Assembly (NCBI GenBank): GCA_000380705.1 | Contig: AQYM01000025.1 | Coordinates: forward strand, 21,152-36,356 | Reading direction: 5' to 3' | DNA from: Crenarchaeota archaeon SCGC AAA471-B05 | GTDB taxonomy: Archaea > Thermoproteota > Thermoprotei > Gearchaeales > Gearchaeaceae | Length of the DNA: 15,205 nt | Part shown: positions 8,343-15,205 of the stretch, piece after piece | Numbering within the stretch: the stretch's first letter is position 1 | How the letters are laid out: each line of letters starts with the position of its first letter | Notes under the pieces: model-generated | Seen by the model: the letters and a program-made list of their open reading frames with translations, nothing else | Told to the model about the DNA's origin: nothing | Database searches by the model: none | Made by a program: the position numbers and the translations under genes

Positions 8343-8734
8343 TTCCTTTCCAAGTAAAATTCTATTCTATAAACTCCCATAATGTATGCGCTAACATTAA
8401 CTTTTATTTCTTCGATTTGAAGATATGAAAACTTTAAAGGAATATTAATAGTAATGGTATCTCCCTTTGCAAAAACAGACACATACAAATTCTTTGTTTC
8501 TTTTAAACCATTCTGATATGTTACTTCGCTAAAAAAGTTAACATCTGTTAAATAAGCAAATCCTTCATGATGAAGAATTATAGTTAATGAATAACTAGGT
8601 GTTGTATTAAATTTAAATTCAGCATAAATTTTACCTGAACCTATATCTTGAAGGAAAATCAATAGAGGACTGAAAGCTATAAATAATACAGCTATTGCCA
8701 ATAAAGAAATTAATATCTCAAATCTTACAGCCAT
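8339..8734 (-). CDS. Membrane-anchored protein: an N-terminal TM or signal anchor plus a beta-rich extracytoplasmic domain (131 aa).
   Basis: MAVRFEILISLLAIAVLFIAFSPLLIFL is followed by a Y/T/S-rich beta-like region. The start is coupled to the upstream stop as TAATG (8732-8736). Confidence 0.7.
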   Translation of the reverse strand: MAVRFEILISLLAIAVLFIAFSPLLIFLQDIGSGKIYAEFKFNTTPSYSLTIILHHEGFAYLTDVNFFSEVTYQNGLKETKNLYVSVFAKGDTITINIPLKFSYLQIEEIKVNVSAYIMGVYRIEFYLERK

Positions 8735-8997
8735 TATTTCTTTTCTTTGATCATTTCAATACCAAACCTTAGTAAAACTGAACCTACAGCTATTAATATA
8801 CCAAGAAAGGCTACTTTTACTACAAGAATCAAAAGTTCCGCTGCAAGCTGAGATAATATTGTAGAGAGCGTTGGATTTCCTGTAAAAGTTACTTTGTAAG
8901 TAAAATATTCCCTTAGAGCAAATCCTGCAGAAATTAATAAGAATAATACTCCTGCTAGGATTAAAATAATCCCTGCACTACTAGTTTTAGATTCCAT
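8734..8997 (-). CDS. Small 2-3 TM membrane protein (87 aa), the first gene of the operon.
   Basis: Hydrophobic helices. A TATA-like ttatataaa on the minus strand lies about 26 nt upstream (forward 9019-9027). Confidence 0.65.
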   Translation of the reverse strand: MESKTSSAGIILILAGVLFLLISAGFALREYFTYKVTFTGNPTLSTILSQLAAELLILVVKVAFLGILIAVGSVLLRFGIEMIKEKK

Positions 8998-9058
8998 ATT
9001 TTTATCTAAAAATACATTTATATAAGTTTTTAAAAAATTGAGTTATTTAAAGGAAACA

Positions 9059-9349
9059 TTATTTAATTTTCTTTTCTTCAAGTAAAACATATTTTCTTAA
9101 AGTAATTAAAACCAAGCCAAAAATTATAAGAATTAAGCCGCATACCATAACTAAACCTAAGAATAGAATATCTGCAAACTTATAAAAAGGTTCACCAAAA
9201 TAAAGAGTTAAAATTTCAGTTATAGTAAAATATTTAGGGTTGGGAAAATTATAGGTAGTTATTATACTAACTATATTGCCAAGTGAAAATATGCTTAGTA
9301 TTAAACCTATAATTAAGATAATTATTCCAAAGAAGATATCAAAACGCAT
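9059..9349 (-). CDS. Small 3-TM membrane protein (96 aa).
   Basis: Three hydrophobic helices and a K-rich tail. It is transcribed divergently from the 9400 gene across a 50-bp bidirectional promoter region. Confidence 0.65.
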   Translation of the reverse strand: MRFDIFFGIIILIIGLILSIFSLGNIVSIITTYNFPNPKYFTITEILTLYFGEPFYKFADILFLGLVMVCGLILIIFGLVLITLRKYVLLEEKKIK

Positions 9350-9365
9350 AATAATAATTTATCTG

Positions 9366-9380
9366 AAATATTTTTAAAGA
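9366..9380 (+). promoter_or_regulatory. TATA-like box (aaatatttttaaaga) about 26 nt upstream of the 9400 ATG. It sits in the compact divergent promoter region 9350-9399.
   Basis: Seen in the sequence. There is no SD sequence, so the start is leaderless. Confidence 0.35.
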
Positions 9381-9399
9381 TAAAATCATTTACATTAAT

Positions 9400-10158
9400 A
9401 TGGAAAACAAGAAAGTTATAGCAAGTATAATAATAATATTGTTTCTTTTATCCTATTTACCTGTACTAAAAACCAATGAGACAACAACTTTAACTCAACA
9501 AGTTTCAGTACAGCATACTACTAGTTTAGATCCGATTAATGTTGAAATATCTTATAACTGGACTGTTCAAGTAGACGCTCATAAAAAAGAATTTAATAGT
9601 GGTGAATCTGGAAAAGTAAGCGTAGATATTTTAGGGGGTAAAGCTAGAATTATAATAAATAATATACCTATTATTGGAAAATTAGAATCTGGAGTATTCG
9701 ATTATGAAGCAGGTTCAGAAAAATTCTTTAACTTAACTCCCACTCAAGCTCCAGTACAAGGAAGTATAAGTCTTAAAATAAAGAATATTATATTTACGAA
9801 TATATCAACAGAAGGTCCTGCTTCTGTCTCTCCAAAGGATTTAGTTTGGGATAAACCTCAAATAAAGGAATTTAGTTTAAACATAAATCCGAATGCAAGA
9901 GGAGGAGATATAGTTAAAATAAAATTACTGTTCAATGTTAAATTTACGGCTTCAATAAATATAAGTATAGCTGGATTTCAGATTCAACTATTTGAACAAG
10001 AACTAGGGAAAACGCAGGCAAAGCCTGAGATATTTTACGAGGTAAAAGTTGCAAGTGTGAGCTTTGATTGGTTAATAATATTAATAATATTAGCTGTAGT
10101 TGCTGTAGTAATAGCTATCGTAGCTTGGTATTTTGTAAGGAAAAAGTTGAAAAAATAA
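9400..10158 (+). CDS. Secreted, C-terminally membrane-anchored surface protein, probably N-glycosylated (252 aa).
   Basis: An N-terminal signal or TM segment (IASIIIILFLLSYLPVL) is followed by a T/S/Q-rich beta-like ectodomain. There are five N-x-S/T sequons (NET, NWT, NLT, NIS, NIS). The C-terminus carries a TM anchor (WLIILIILAVVAVVIAIVAWYFV) and an RKKLKK tail. Confidence 0.8.
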   Translation: MENKKVIASIIIILFLLSYLPVLKTNETTTLTQQVSVQHTTSLDPINVEISYNWTVQVDAHKKEFNSGESGKVSVDILGGKARIIINNIPIIGKLESGVFDYEAGSEKFFNLTPTQAPVQGSISLKIKNIIFTNISTEGPASVSPKDLVWDKPQIKEFSLNINPNARGGDIVKIKLLFNVKFTASINISIAGFQIQLFEQELGKTQAKPEIFYEVKVASVSFDWLIILIILAVVAVVIAIVAWYFVRKKLKK

Positions 10159-10159
10159 G

Positions 10160-10180
10160 TTTTTATTTTTATATTATATT
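10160..10180 (+). promoter_or_regulatory. TATA-like box (ttttatttttatattatatt) directly after the upstream stop and 11-30 nt before the ATG at 10191.
   Basis: This supports 10191 as the true start, leaderless, rather than the overlapping ORF track start at 10068. Confidence 0.35.
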
Positions 10181-10190
10181 AGCATTATAC

Positions 10191-10724
10191 ATGAGTGAAA
10201 AATATTTGAAAAAAGTTGAAAATGAAATGAGTTTGGGTGAAAGAATTTTAAGTTACATTCCAGGATATAGAGGTTATAAACAAAAAGAAATAAGAAGAGA
10301 AGCTGATAGAATAATAAGAATGATGATTGTCAATAAATTGAAGGAATGTAAGGATAATTTAAGGTCATCTTTTAAAAATCCAACCATTATTAACAAATTA
10401 AATTCTGAAGATCTTTGGTTAATTGAAAGCATTTTAAATAACTTAGATAGAATAACACAGAGAATAGAAAGGGCTGTTGCAGGCTATTCAGGTTTTTTTG
10501 ATGCAGTAAAGGTAAAGGAAGATAAATTGGATTTAATAATGAAACATGATTACGCTTTAATAGGGATGTCTGAGAATTTAAAAAATAAAATTCAAGAATT
10601 AATATCTTTGGAATATTTTACAAATGAATGGAGAAATAAACTAAACGAAATCTTACAATATATAAGAGAGTTTGATGATTTAATAGGTAAAAGAAATGAA
10701 ATTTTAAGAGGTGCTTTTGAGTAA
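10191..10724 (+). CDS. Helical / coiled-coil cytoplasmic protein of unknown function (177 aa). It is translationally coupled (TAATG) to the SPFH gene.
   Basis: The charged heptad-like sequence (MSEKYLKKVENEMSLGERIL...NEILRGAFE) has no TM segment. I moved the start from the ORF track's 10068 to the ATG at 10191, because the 5' extension overlaps the previous gene and the promoter lies at 10160-10180. Confidence 0.75.
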   Translation: MSEKYLKKVENEMSLGERILSYIPGYRGYKQKEIRREADRIIRMMIVNKLKECKDNLRSSFKNPTIINKLNSEDLWLIESILNNLDRITQRIERAVAGYSGFFDAVKVKEDKLDLIMKHDYALIGMSENLKNKIQELISLEYFTNEWRNKLNEILQYIREFDDLIGKRNEILRGAFE

Positions 10725-11752
10725 TGCCAAAAGTAATAGAGTGGCCTAACCCAGGAGAAAACGAAATAGTTTGGAAATATCCTATTGAGGAAATTTTTTG
10801 GGGAGATGTATTGATAGTAAAGGAATACGAGGCTGCAGTTTTCTTTAGGGATGGTAAGGCTTATGATGTATTCAGAGCTGGAAGACACGTTTTAACTACG
10901 ATGAATTTGCCTTTATTAACCAGAGTTCTTTCTAAGATAGCAGGTTTTGATAAACTTCCCTTTAAAGCTACAATAATATTTGTTTCTTTAAAACAATTCA
11001 TGAGTAAATTTGGAGGACAAACACAAACAACAGAACTCGCGCCTTTGAAATTCTTTGGATCATTTTGGTTTAGAATCGAAGACCCAAATTTATTTGTTAA
11101 TGAAGTGGTTGGAGGAAAGAATACTTACACAACCGAATCACTTCAAGAATTTTTAAGAGGATATTTCAACGAAAGATTAATAGATACCCTAAGTCAATAT
11201 AGCTTAGTTCAAGTTTATGGGAAATTGGATGAAACAAGCTTTTTAGCTAAAAATGCAATTTATGATTCCTTCAAAAGACTGGGGATAGAGTTAATAGATA
11301 TAAAATTTGAAGGACTTGATACTACTCCTGAATGGAGGGATAGATTATTCTTTATTAGGCAAGGCACTTCAGCCGCAGAAATATTAAGAATGGAGACTGT
11401 AAAAAAGGCTGCAGAGAGTTTAGGTAAAAGTGAAGGAGCAGGAATAGGCGCTGGATTTTTACTTCCTACAATGATTCAACAACCTTCACAACAAATCCAA
11501 GTAGCTTGTCCTTATTGTGGATTTTTAAACCCACAAAATGTTATCTATTGCGGAAAATGCGGAAAATCTTTAACACCTCAGACAACTTATCAACAAGAAA
11601 AATGTCCAAATTGTGGAAATCCTATTCAGCCTAACTGGAAAGTATGTCCAAATTGTGGAACTAAACTTAAACCTTTTAATTGCCCAAGTTGCAATTTCGA
11701 AGTTCCTCCAAATTCAAAATTCTGTCCTAACTGCGGTACAAAGCTTATTTAA
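10724..11752 (+). CDS. SPFH / Band-7 (stomatin-prohibitin-flotillin superfamily) protein with three C-terminal Zn-ribbons (COG4260-like).
   Basis: The N-terminus (VIEWPNPGENEIVWKYP..GDVLIVKEYEAAVFFRDGKAYDVFRAGRHVLTTMNLPLL) matches the characteristic start of the SPFH-with-Zn-ribbon family. The C-terminus has CPYCG..CGKCG, CPNCG..CPNCGTKL and CPSCN..CPNCGTKL. Confidence 0.9.
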   Translation: MPKVIEWPNPGENEIVWKYPIEEIFWGDVLIVKEYEAAVFFRDGKAYDVFRAGRHVLTTMNLPLLTRVLSKIAGFDKLPFKATIIFVSLKQFMSKFGGQTQTTELAPLKFFGSFWFRIEDPNLFVNEVVGGKNTYTTESLQEFLRGYFNERLIDTLSQYSLVQVYGKLDETSFLAKNAIYDSFKRLGIELIDIKFEGLDTTPEWRDRLFFIRQGTSAAEILRMETVKKAAESLGKSEGAGIGAGFLLPTMIQQPSQQIQVACPYCGFLNPQNVIYCGKCGKSLTPQTTYQQEKCPNCGNPIQPNWKVCPNCGTKLKPFNCPSCNFEVPPNSKFCPNCGTKLI

Positions 11753-11775
11753 TTAATTTTTTTATTTTATTATTT

Positions 11776-12933
11776 ATGGGATTGCTAGATAATCTTAAAC
11801 CTTTGACTCCTGGTCAAGAAGAGATGCTTAAGGTTTTAAAGGACAAGAGTATTGATGTTATAGGTATTTTTGGCCCTAGTGGTGCAGGCAAGAGCTTATT
11901 TTCAATAACTTATGGCATAGATTCAATATTAAATAAAGATTTTAGAAGATTTCTGATAGTAAAACCTTTGGTAAACGTAGTAAGTGGTACAGATTTAAGC
12001 GTTGAAATGGGTAAAAATGTATACGAATCTTTAATAATGGATTATATTAATGATATTTTAAATTCTTTACAACTTGAAGTAAATTTAACTGACTTAATGA
12101 ATAAAGGGTTGATTCAATTCGTTGATTTACATTATTTAAAGGGAAGAACTTTCGATAATTCATTAGTTTTTATAGATGATATTCAAAATATACCAGCAGA
12201 AAGTGTAATAGAAGTATTAATTAGAGTAGGCAACAATAGTAGGTTAATCGTTGCAGGAGATCCTGTATTTCAAAGGTTAAAGAAGGTTAAGAATGATTCT
12301 TCTGCGATAATTAGAGAAATACTTTTAAGCGAGGAAAAAGCTAAAGTTGTAGATCTTGGACTTAAAGATATAATTAGACCAGGAGCTAAAAAAGGCTTAA
12401 GATTACTTGTAGAGTTAATTTTAAGAGGTAGAAATCTTAATAGTGAAGATAAAAAGATTCTTGAAACCATTTTAACATATGCTCCTGATGCAGATGTTGT
12501 AACCGTTATGGATGTTTCAAAATTAAAAGATAGCTTAAATATAAAAGGAGAAACTTGTCCAGAGGTTATAATTTTCACAAAAACACCAGGAAGACTTATA
12601 GGTAAAGGAGGAGAAAGAATACAAAAAATAGAAAATAGTCTAGGTAAAAAAGTAAGAACGATAATTTTTAGTTTGGATTTTAAAGAATGGATTCGTTCAA
12701 TACACCCAATTCCTTGGATACATAAGCATATTTTGGAAGTAGATTTTGCAGGTCCTAGATTAAGAGTAAAAATAAATAAAGAGGAAGGCGGAGCCTTTCT
12801 GGGCTATGGTGGATCTTATATAAGGTTTGTAAATCAAATATTCGAAGATCTTTTGGGTATAATAGTTGAAGTAGAACAGGTAGAAGTTAAAGAAGAAGAA
12901 AAGGAAGGAAAGAAGGAAAAGAAAAAGAAATAA
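11776..12933 (+). CDS. PhoH-like P-loop ATPase with a C-terminal KH (RNA-binding) domain and a K/E-rich tail.
   Basis: LTPGQEEM is the PhoH signature TPGQ. GPSGAGKS is Walker A. HYLKGRTFDNSLVFIDDIQN is the PhoH motif plus Walker B, and LIVAGDPVFQ follows. The KH motif GXXG is present (IGKGGERIQKIE). The tail ends KEEEKEGKKEKKKK. Confidence 0.9.
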   Translation: MGLLDNLKPLTPGQEEMLKVLKDKSIDVIGIFGPSGAGKSLFSITYGIDSILNKDFRRFLIVKPLVNVVSGTDLSVEMGKNVYESLIMDYINDILNSLQLEVNLTDLMNKGLIQFVDLHYLKGRTFDNSLVFIDDIQNIPAESVIEVLIRVGNNSRLIVAGDPVFQRLKKVKNDSSAIIREILLSEEKAKVVDLGLKDIIRPGAKKGLRLLVELILRGRNLNSEDKKILETILTYAPDADVVTVMDVSKLKDSLNIKGETCPEVIIFTKTPGRLIGKGGERIQKIENSLGKKVRTIIFSLDFKEWIRSIHPIPWIHKHILEVDFAGPRLRVKINKEEGGAFLGYGGSYIRFVNQIFEDLLGIIVEVEQVEVKEEEKEGKKEKKKK

Positions 12934-12942
12934 TACCTCTTT

Positions 12943-13257
12943 TCAATTACCTTTATAGGATTCCAATTTTATCATAAAACTTAACAGTGAATTTAAAAAG
13001 TTTTCTATGGTTTGCGAATAACTATTTAAAAATTTAAGAATCTCATTTAAATTTTTTTCCATATCTTCTATTTGAATCTTTATTTCCATCGTTAATTCAT
13101 TATAGTCCATTTCAGCAATATTTTCCTTTAAAATCTTTAATTCTTGATCATAGACTTCGCAAAATTTGGTCAATAATAAACTTGCTTCATAAAAATTGTA
13201 TTTAGCTGCTTTTAAAATTTTTAAAGCAGCTTCAAGTTTTTGTGCTAAATCTTTCAT
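12943..13257 (-). CDS. Small helical / coiled-coil protein (104 aa). It is translationally coupled (ATGA) to the upstream Lrp-like gene.
   Basis: The sequence is E/K-rich and amphipathic, with no TM segment. The start overlaps the stop of 13254-14408. Confidence 0.6.
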   Translation of the reverse strand: MKDLAQKLEAALKILKAAKYNFYEASLLLTKFCEVYDQELKILKENIAEMDYNELTMEIKIQIEDMEKNLNEILKFLNSYSQTIENFLNSLLSFMIKLESYKGN

Positions 13258-14408
13258 CTATATTTTAACAGTATTTCCTTAGTTTTGTTTACTATTTCTT
13301 CGTATGGATATATCCACTTTTCTTTATATAATTCAAACGGAATGTATTTTACTTTAGAAGTTGTTATGTCTAAATTAACTATTTTAAAATCTGCTAAAAC
13401 TTTATTTTCGCTTAACTTTAATAAAAATCTTACCAAATTATTAAATTCTTTGTGGGGAAGTATTAAATAAGAACAAAGAGAAGGAGAATTTTTAACTGTA
13501 GCCATAGAATATAAAAATGGCTTAGTTTTAACAGATTCTATAAATATGTTTCTATATTCATAATTTTCAAATTGTAATACCGCAAATAAATAATCTAAAT
13601 TCTTAACATCCTCTTTATTATAAGGTAAAAGATATATAAAGTCGATTAATATTTTACTTGGAATAATATGCTTGGTATAATGATATTTAACTAAAGGAAT
13701 AGATATTTTAGTCTTTTCAGATATTTCTTTAAGTTTTCTAAGAGGATTTTGATGCAATAATTCTAGAATCTTTATATCCGTTTCATCATATGGATATAAA
13801 TATTTTAAAGGTGTTTTATACTCTCCTGTATATTTTTTAGTTAATATATCATTTGTTAATTCTTCCCAATTAAATATCGAGGTTCCTTTTTTGAAGTTAT
13901 ACCAATCAAAACCTATACTTTTACCTATATTATTTTCTATAGGATAAATTTCCCAAGACTTAACAATTTTAGAATTTTTAATTAAATCCACATATTCTTC
14001 AAAATTTTTTCTAGATTCTGAAGGAATAATTGCTTGAATAATATAGGTGCTTTCTCCTGCAGTTCCTTTTAAAACACCAGTTATATAAGGATTTGTTTCT
14101 AATATTTCTTCAAAAGCTTTATTGTAATAAATATTTGTTTTAAATATTATTATTATTTCTTCCAATCCTAGTAAATTCAAATCAAAATATAAATACATAT
14201 CTAAGTATTCCTTTTTTAAAAGCTGATTTAACCTATATTTTAAATCCGTATAGGTTATATCGATTTGTTTTGCTTTTAATTCACGATGTATTTCTAAAAT
14301 GCTTTCCCTTATTCCTTTGCTATACAACAAGTTTAATGCTTCCACATCTTCTTTAACTATTTTTGTAGTTCTTCCTACTATCTTAAACTCATTTATACGA
14401 AATTTCAT
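13254..14408 (-). CDS. Fused tandem Lrp/AsnC-family transcriptional regulator (two HTH + RAM modules, 384 aa).
   Basis: The second module has a classic AsnC HTH (ETDIKILELLHQNPLRKLKEISEKTKISIPLVKYHY). The first module has a weaker one (EDVEALNLLYSKGIRESILEIHREL). Each is followed by a RAM-like segment (e.g. LEEIIIIFKTN...TGVLKGTAGESTYIIQAIIPSES). Confidence 0.75.
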   Translation of the reverse strand: MKFRINEFKIVGRTTKIVKEDVEALNLLYSKGIRESILEIHRELKAKQIDITYTDLKYRLNQLLKKEYLDMYLYFDLNLLGLEEIIIIFKTNIYYNKAFEEILETNPYITGVLKGTAGESTYIIQAIIPSESRKNFEEYVDLIKNSKIVKSWEIYPIENNIGKSIGFDWYNFKKGTSIFNWEELTNDILTKKYTGEYKTPLKYLYPYDETDIKILELLHQNPLRKLKEISEKTKISIPLVKYHYTKHIIPSKILIDFIYLLPYNKEDVKNLDYLFAVLQFENYEYRNIFIESVKTKPFLYSMATVKNSPSLCSYLILPHKEFNNLVRFLLKLSENKVLADFKIVNLDITTSKVKYIPFELYKEKWIYPYEEIVNKTKEILLKYR

Positions 14409-14537
14409 TTTTAATTAATTATTAGCATTTTTCTTATATTTAAAATTTTATTTTTAAAGTGTTATATATACATATACTTACGTATTACCAAAAAATCAAA
14501 AAAAAGAGGTTTAATAGTTTTTCTCTTTACATTTATT

Positions 14538-14807
14538 ATGTTTGAAAATAAATTAATCACTCTAAACCTAGAAGTTATTGAAAAAACTGAAGAAAAAATA
14601 GTATTAACAAAGTGGGGTTACAAGAGACATGTAAAAGCAATTTGTAAAAATGGCTCTGAAAAAATAATTTTAAATTTATGGGGAAATCAAGTAGATAAAA
14701 TAAATATAGGAGATAAAATAATAGTTAAAGGATTTATAATAAAAATAAAAGGTGAATCTCATTTTAATGTTCCAAAAAGTGGAAAAATTTTAAAAGTAAA
14801 GCTTTAA
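14538..14807 (+). CDS. Small single-OB-fold (tRNA_anti / SSB-like) nucleic-acid-binding protein (89 aa).
   Basis: The beta-strand pattern ..IVLTKWGYKRHVKAICKNGSEKIILNLWGNQVDKINIGDKIIVKGFIIKIKGE.. is typical of standalone OB folds. Confidence 0.5.
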   Translation: MFENKLITLNLEVIEKTEEKIVLTKWGYKRHVKAICKNGSEKIILNLWGNQVDKINIGDKIIVKGFIIKIKGESHFNVPKSGKILKVKL

Positions 14808-14842
14808 GTGATTTAAAAATTTTTCAAGAGTAAAAATAGGTA

Positions 14843-14853
14843 ATTTTTATACC
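14843..14853 (+). promoter_or_regulatory. TATA-like box (atttttatacc) about 26 nt upstream of the ATG at 14873.
   Basis: Seen in the sequence. It supports ATG 14873 as the start rather than the TTG at 14870. Confidence 0.3.
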
Positions 14854-14872
14854 TTTTTATTAGAAATTTTTG

Positions 14873-15106
14873 ATGAAAAAGATAATAAAAAACAAAAAAG
14901 CCTCTCCATTAGTAGAAGAAGGACTTTTGCTAGGAATCGCAGCTGTTGCATTTACAATAATATTAAGCATAGTAGCAGGAATTTTGATGGGTATACAAAG
15001 TTACTTTAATTCAGTTTCAAACAATGCTGTAAATTCCTTTAACGATTTCTTAAAACAAATAAACGATATATTAACTGAAATAGCAAGGAAACTTGGAATA
15101 GTTTAA
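14873..15106 (+). CDS. Type IV pilin-like protein with a class III signal peptide (77 aa).
   Basis: MKKIIKNKKA | SPLVEEGLLLGIAAVAFTIILSIVAGILMG has a basic leader, then a small residue, then a hydrophobic helix. If the protein is cleaved after KKA, Glu falls at +5, as in prepilin-peptidase substrates. Confidence 0.65.
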   Translation: MKKIIKNKKASPLVEEGLLLGIAAVAFTIILSIVAGILMGIQSYFNSVSNNAVNSFNDFLKQINDILTEIARKLGIV

Positions 15107-15138
15107 ATTTTTCTTTTTCACTTATATATTAAAATTGA

Positions 15139-15205
15139 ATGCGAGAAGAGATTTTAATAATCCATGAAAACGAAGTTTTATTGGTAAGTGGTCCTGCATC
15201 TGTTA
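15139..15205 (+). CDS. Start of a 3'-truncated ORF (MREEILIIHENEVLLVSGPAS...) of unknown product.
   Basis: An ATG at 15139 opens a frame to the window end. The ..VLLVSGPAS run hints at a possible P-loop NTPase N-terminus, but only 22 codons are visible. Confidence 0.3.
   Translation, partial: MREEILIIHENEVLLVSGPASV

Noticed and set aside
10068-10190. 5' extension of the coiled-coil gene (ORF track start 10068)
   Set aside because: It overlaps the C-terminus of the 9400-10158 gene by 90 nt and encodes an S/C/N-rich junk peptide. A TATA box at 10160-10180 supports the ATG at 10191.
10592-10888. 98-aa minus-strand ORF
   Set aside because: Antisense to the coiled-coil and SPFH genes.
12270-12578. 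102-aa minus-strand ORF
   Set aside because: Antisense to the PhoH-like gene.
13285-13470. 61-aa plus-strand ORF
   Set aside because: Antisense to the Lrp-like gene.
1-15205. Mobile elements, integrases or transposases
   Set aside because: No ORF has transposase or integrase motifs (DDE, tyrosine recombinase R..HxxR..Y). No terminal inverted repeats or att-like duplications were noticed by eye.

Overview
This is an AT-rich (~30% GC, by eye) 15.2-kb stretch that looks like an archaeal chromosome, most likely from a Sulfolobales-type crenarchaeon. Three things point that way. Gene starts sit ~25 nt downstream of TATA-like boxes with no Shine-Dalgarno (leaderless). TTG starts are frequent. Adjacent genes often overlap by ATGA or TAATG. 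There are Lrp/AsnC-type regulators, a class-III-signal-peptide pilin-like protein and a quinol-oxidase subunit II-like remnant, and the secreted protein is rich in N-glycosylation sequons. I found no rRNA, tRNA, CRISPR array, transposase or integrase by eye.

Gene content from 5' to 3':
- a 5'-partial polytopic membrane protein;
- a convergent class V (AGXT-type) aminotransferase;
- a ~700-bp ORF-free AT-rich spacer;
- a membrane-protein gene broken by two frameshifts, next to an orphan cupredoxin (oxidase subunit II) fragment, which looks like a pocket of gene decay;
- two tandem, translationally coupled paralogs with an N-terminal Zn-ribbon, a PepSY-like C-terminal motif and a C-terminal TM anchor;
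- a cluster of small membrane-protein genes with overlapping start and stop codons, divergent from a glycosylated surface-anchored protein;
- a three-gene cluster encoding a coiled-coil protein, an SPFH/Band-7 protein with three C-terminal Zn-ribbons (COG4260-like), and a PhoH-like ATPase with a KH domain;
- a fused tandem Lrp/AsnC regulator coupled to a small helical protein;
- a small OB-fold protein, a type-IV-pilin-like protein, and the start of a further gene.

The most plausible candidates for an undescribed system are the Zn-ribbon/PepSY-like/TM paralog pair (5545-7508) and the coiled-coil, SPFH-Zn-ribbon, PhoH-KH cluster (10191-12933). All functional calls rest on motif recognition by eye. 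I ran no database search.
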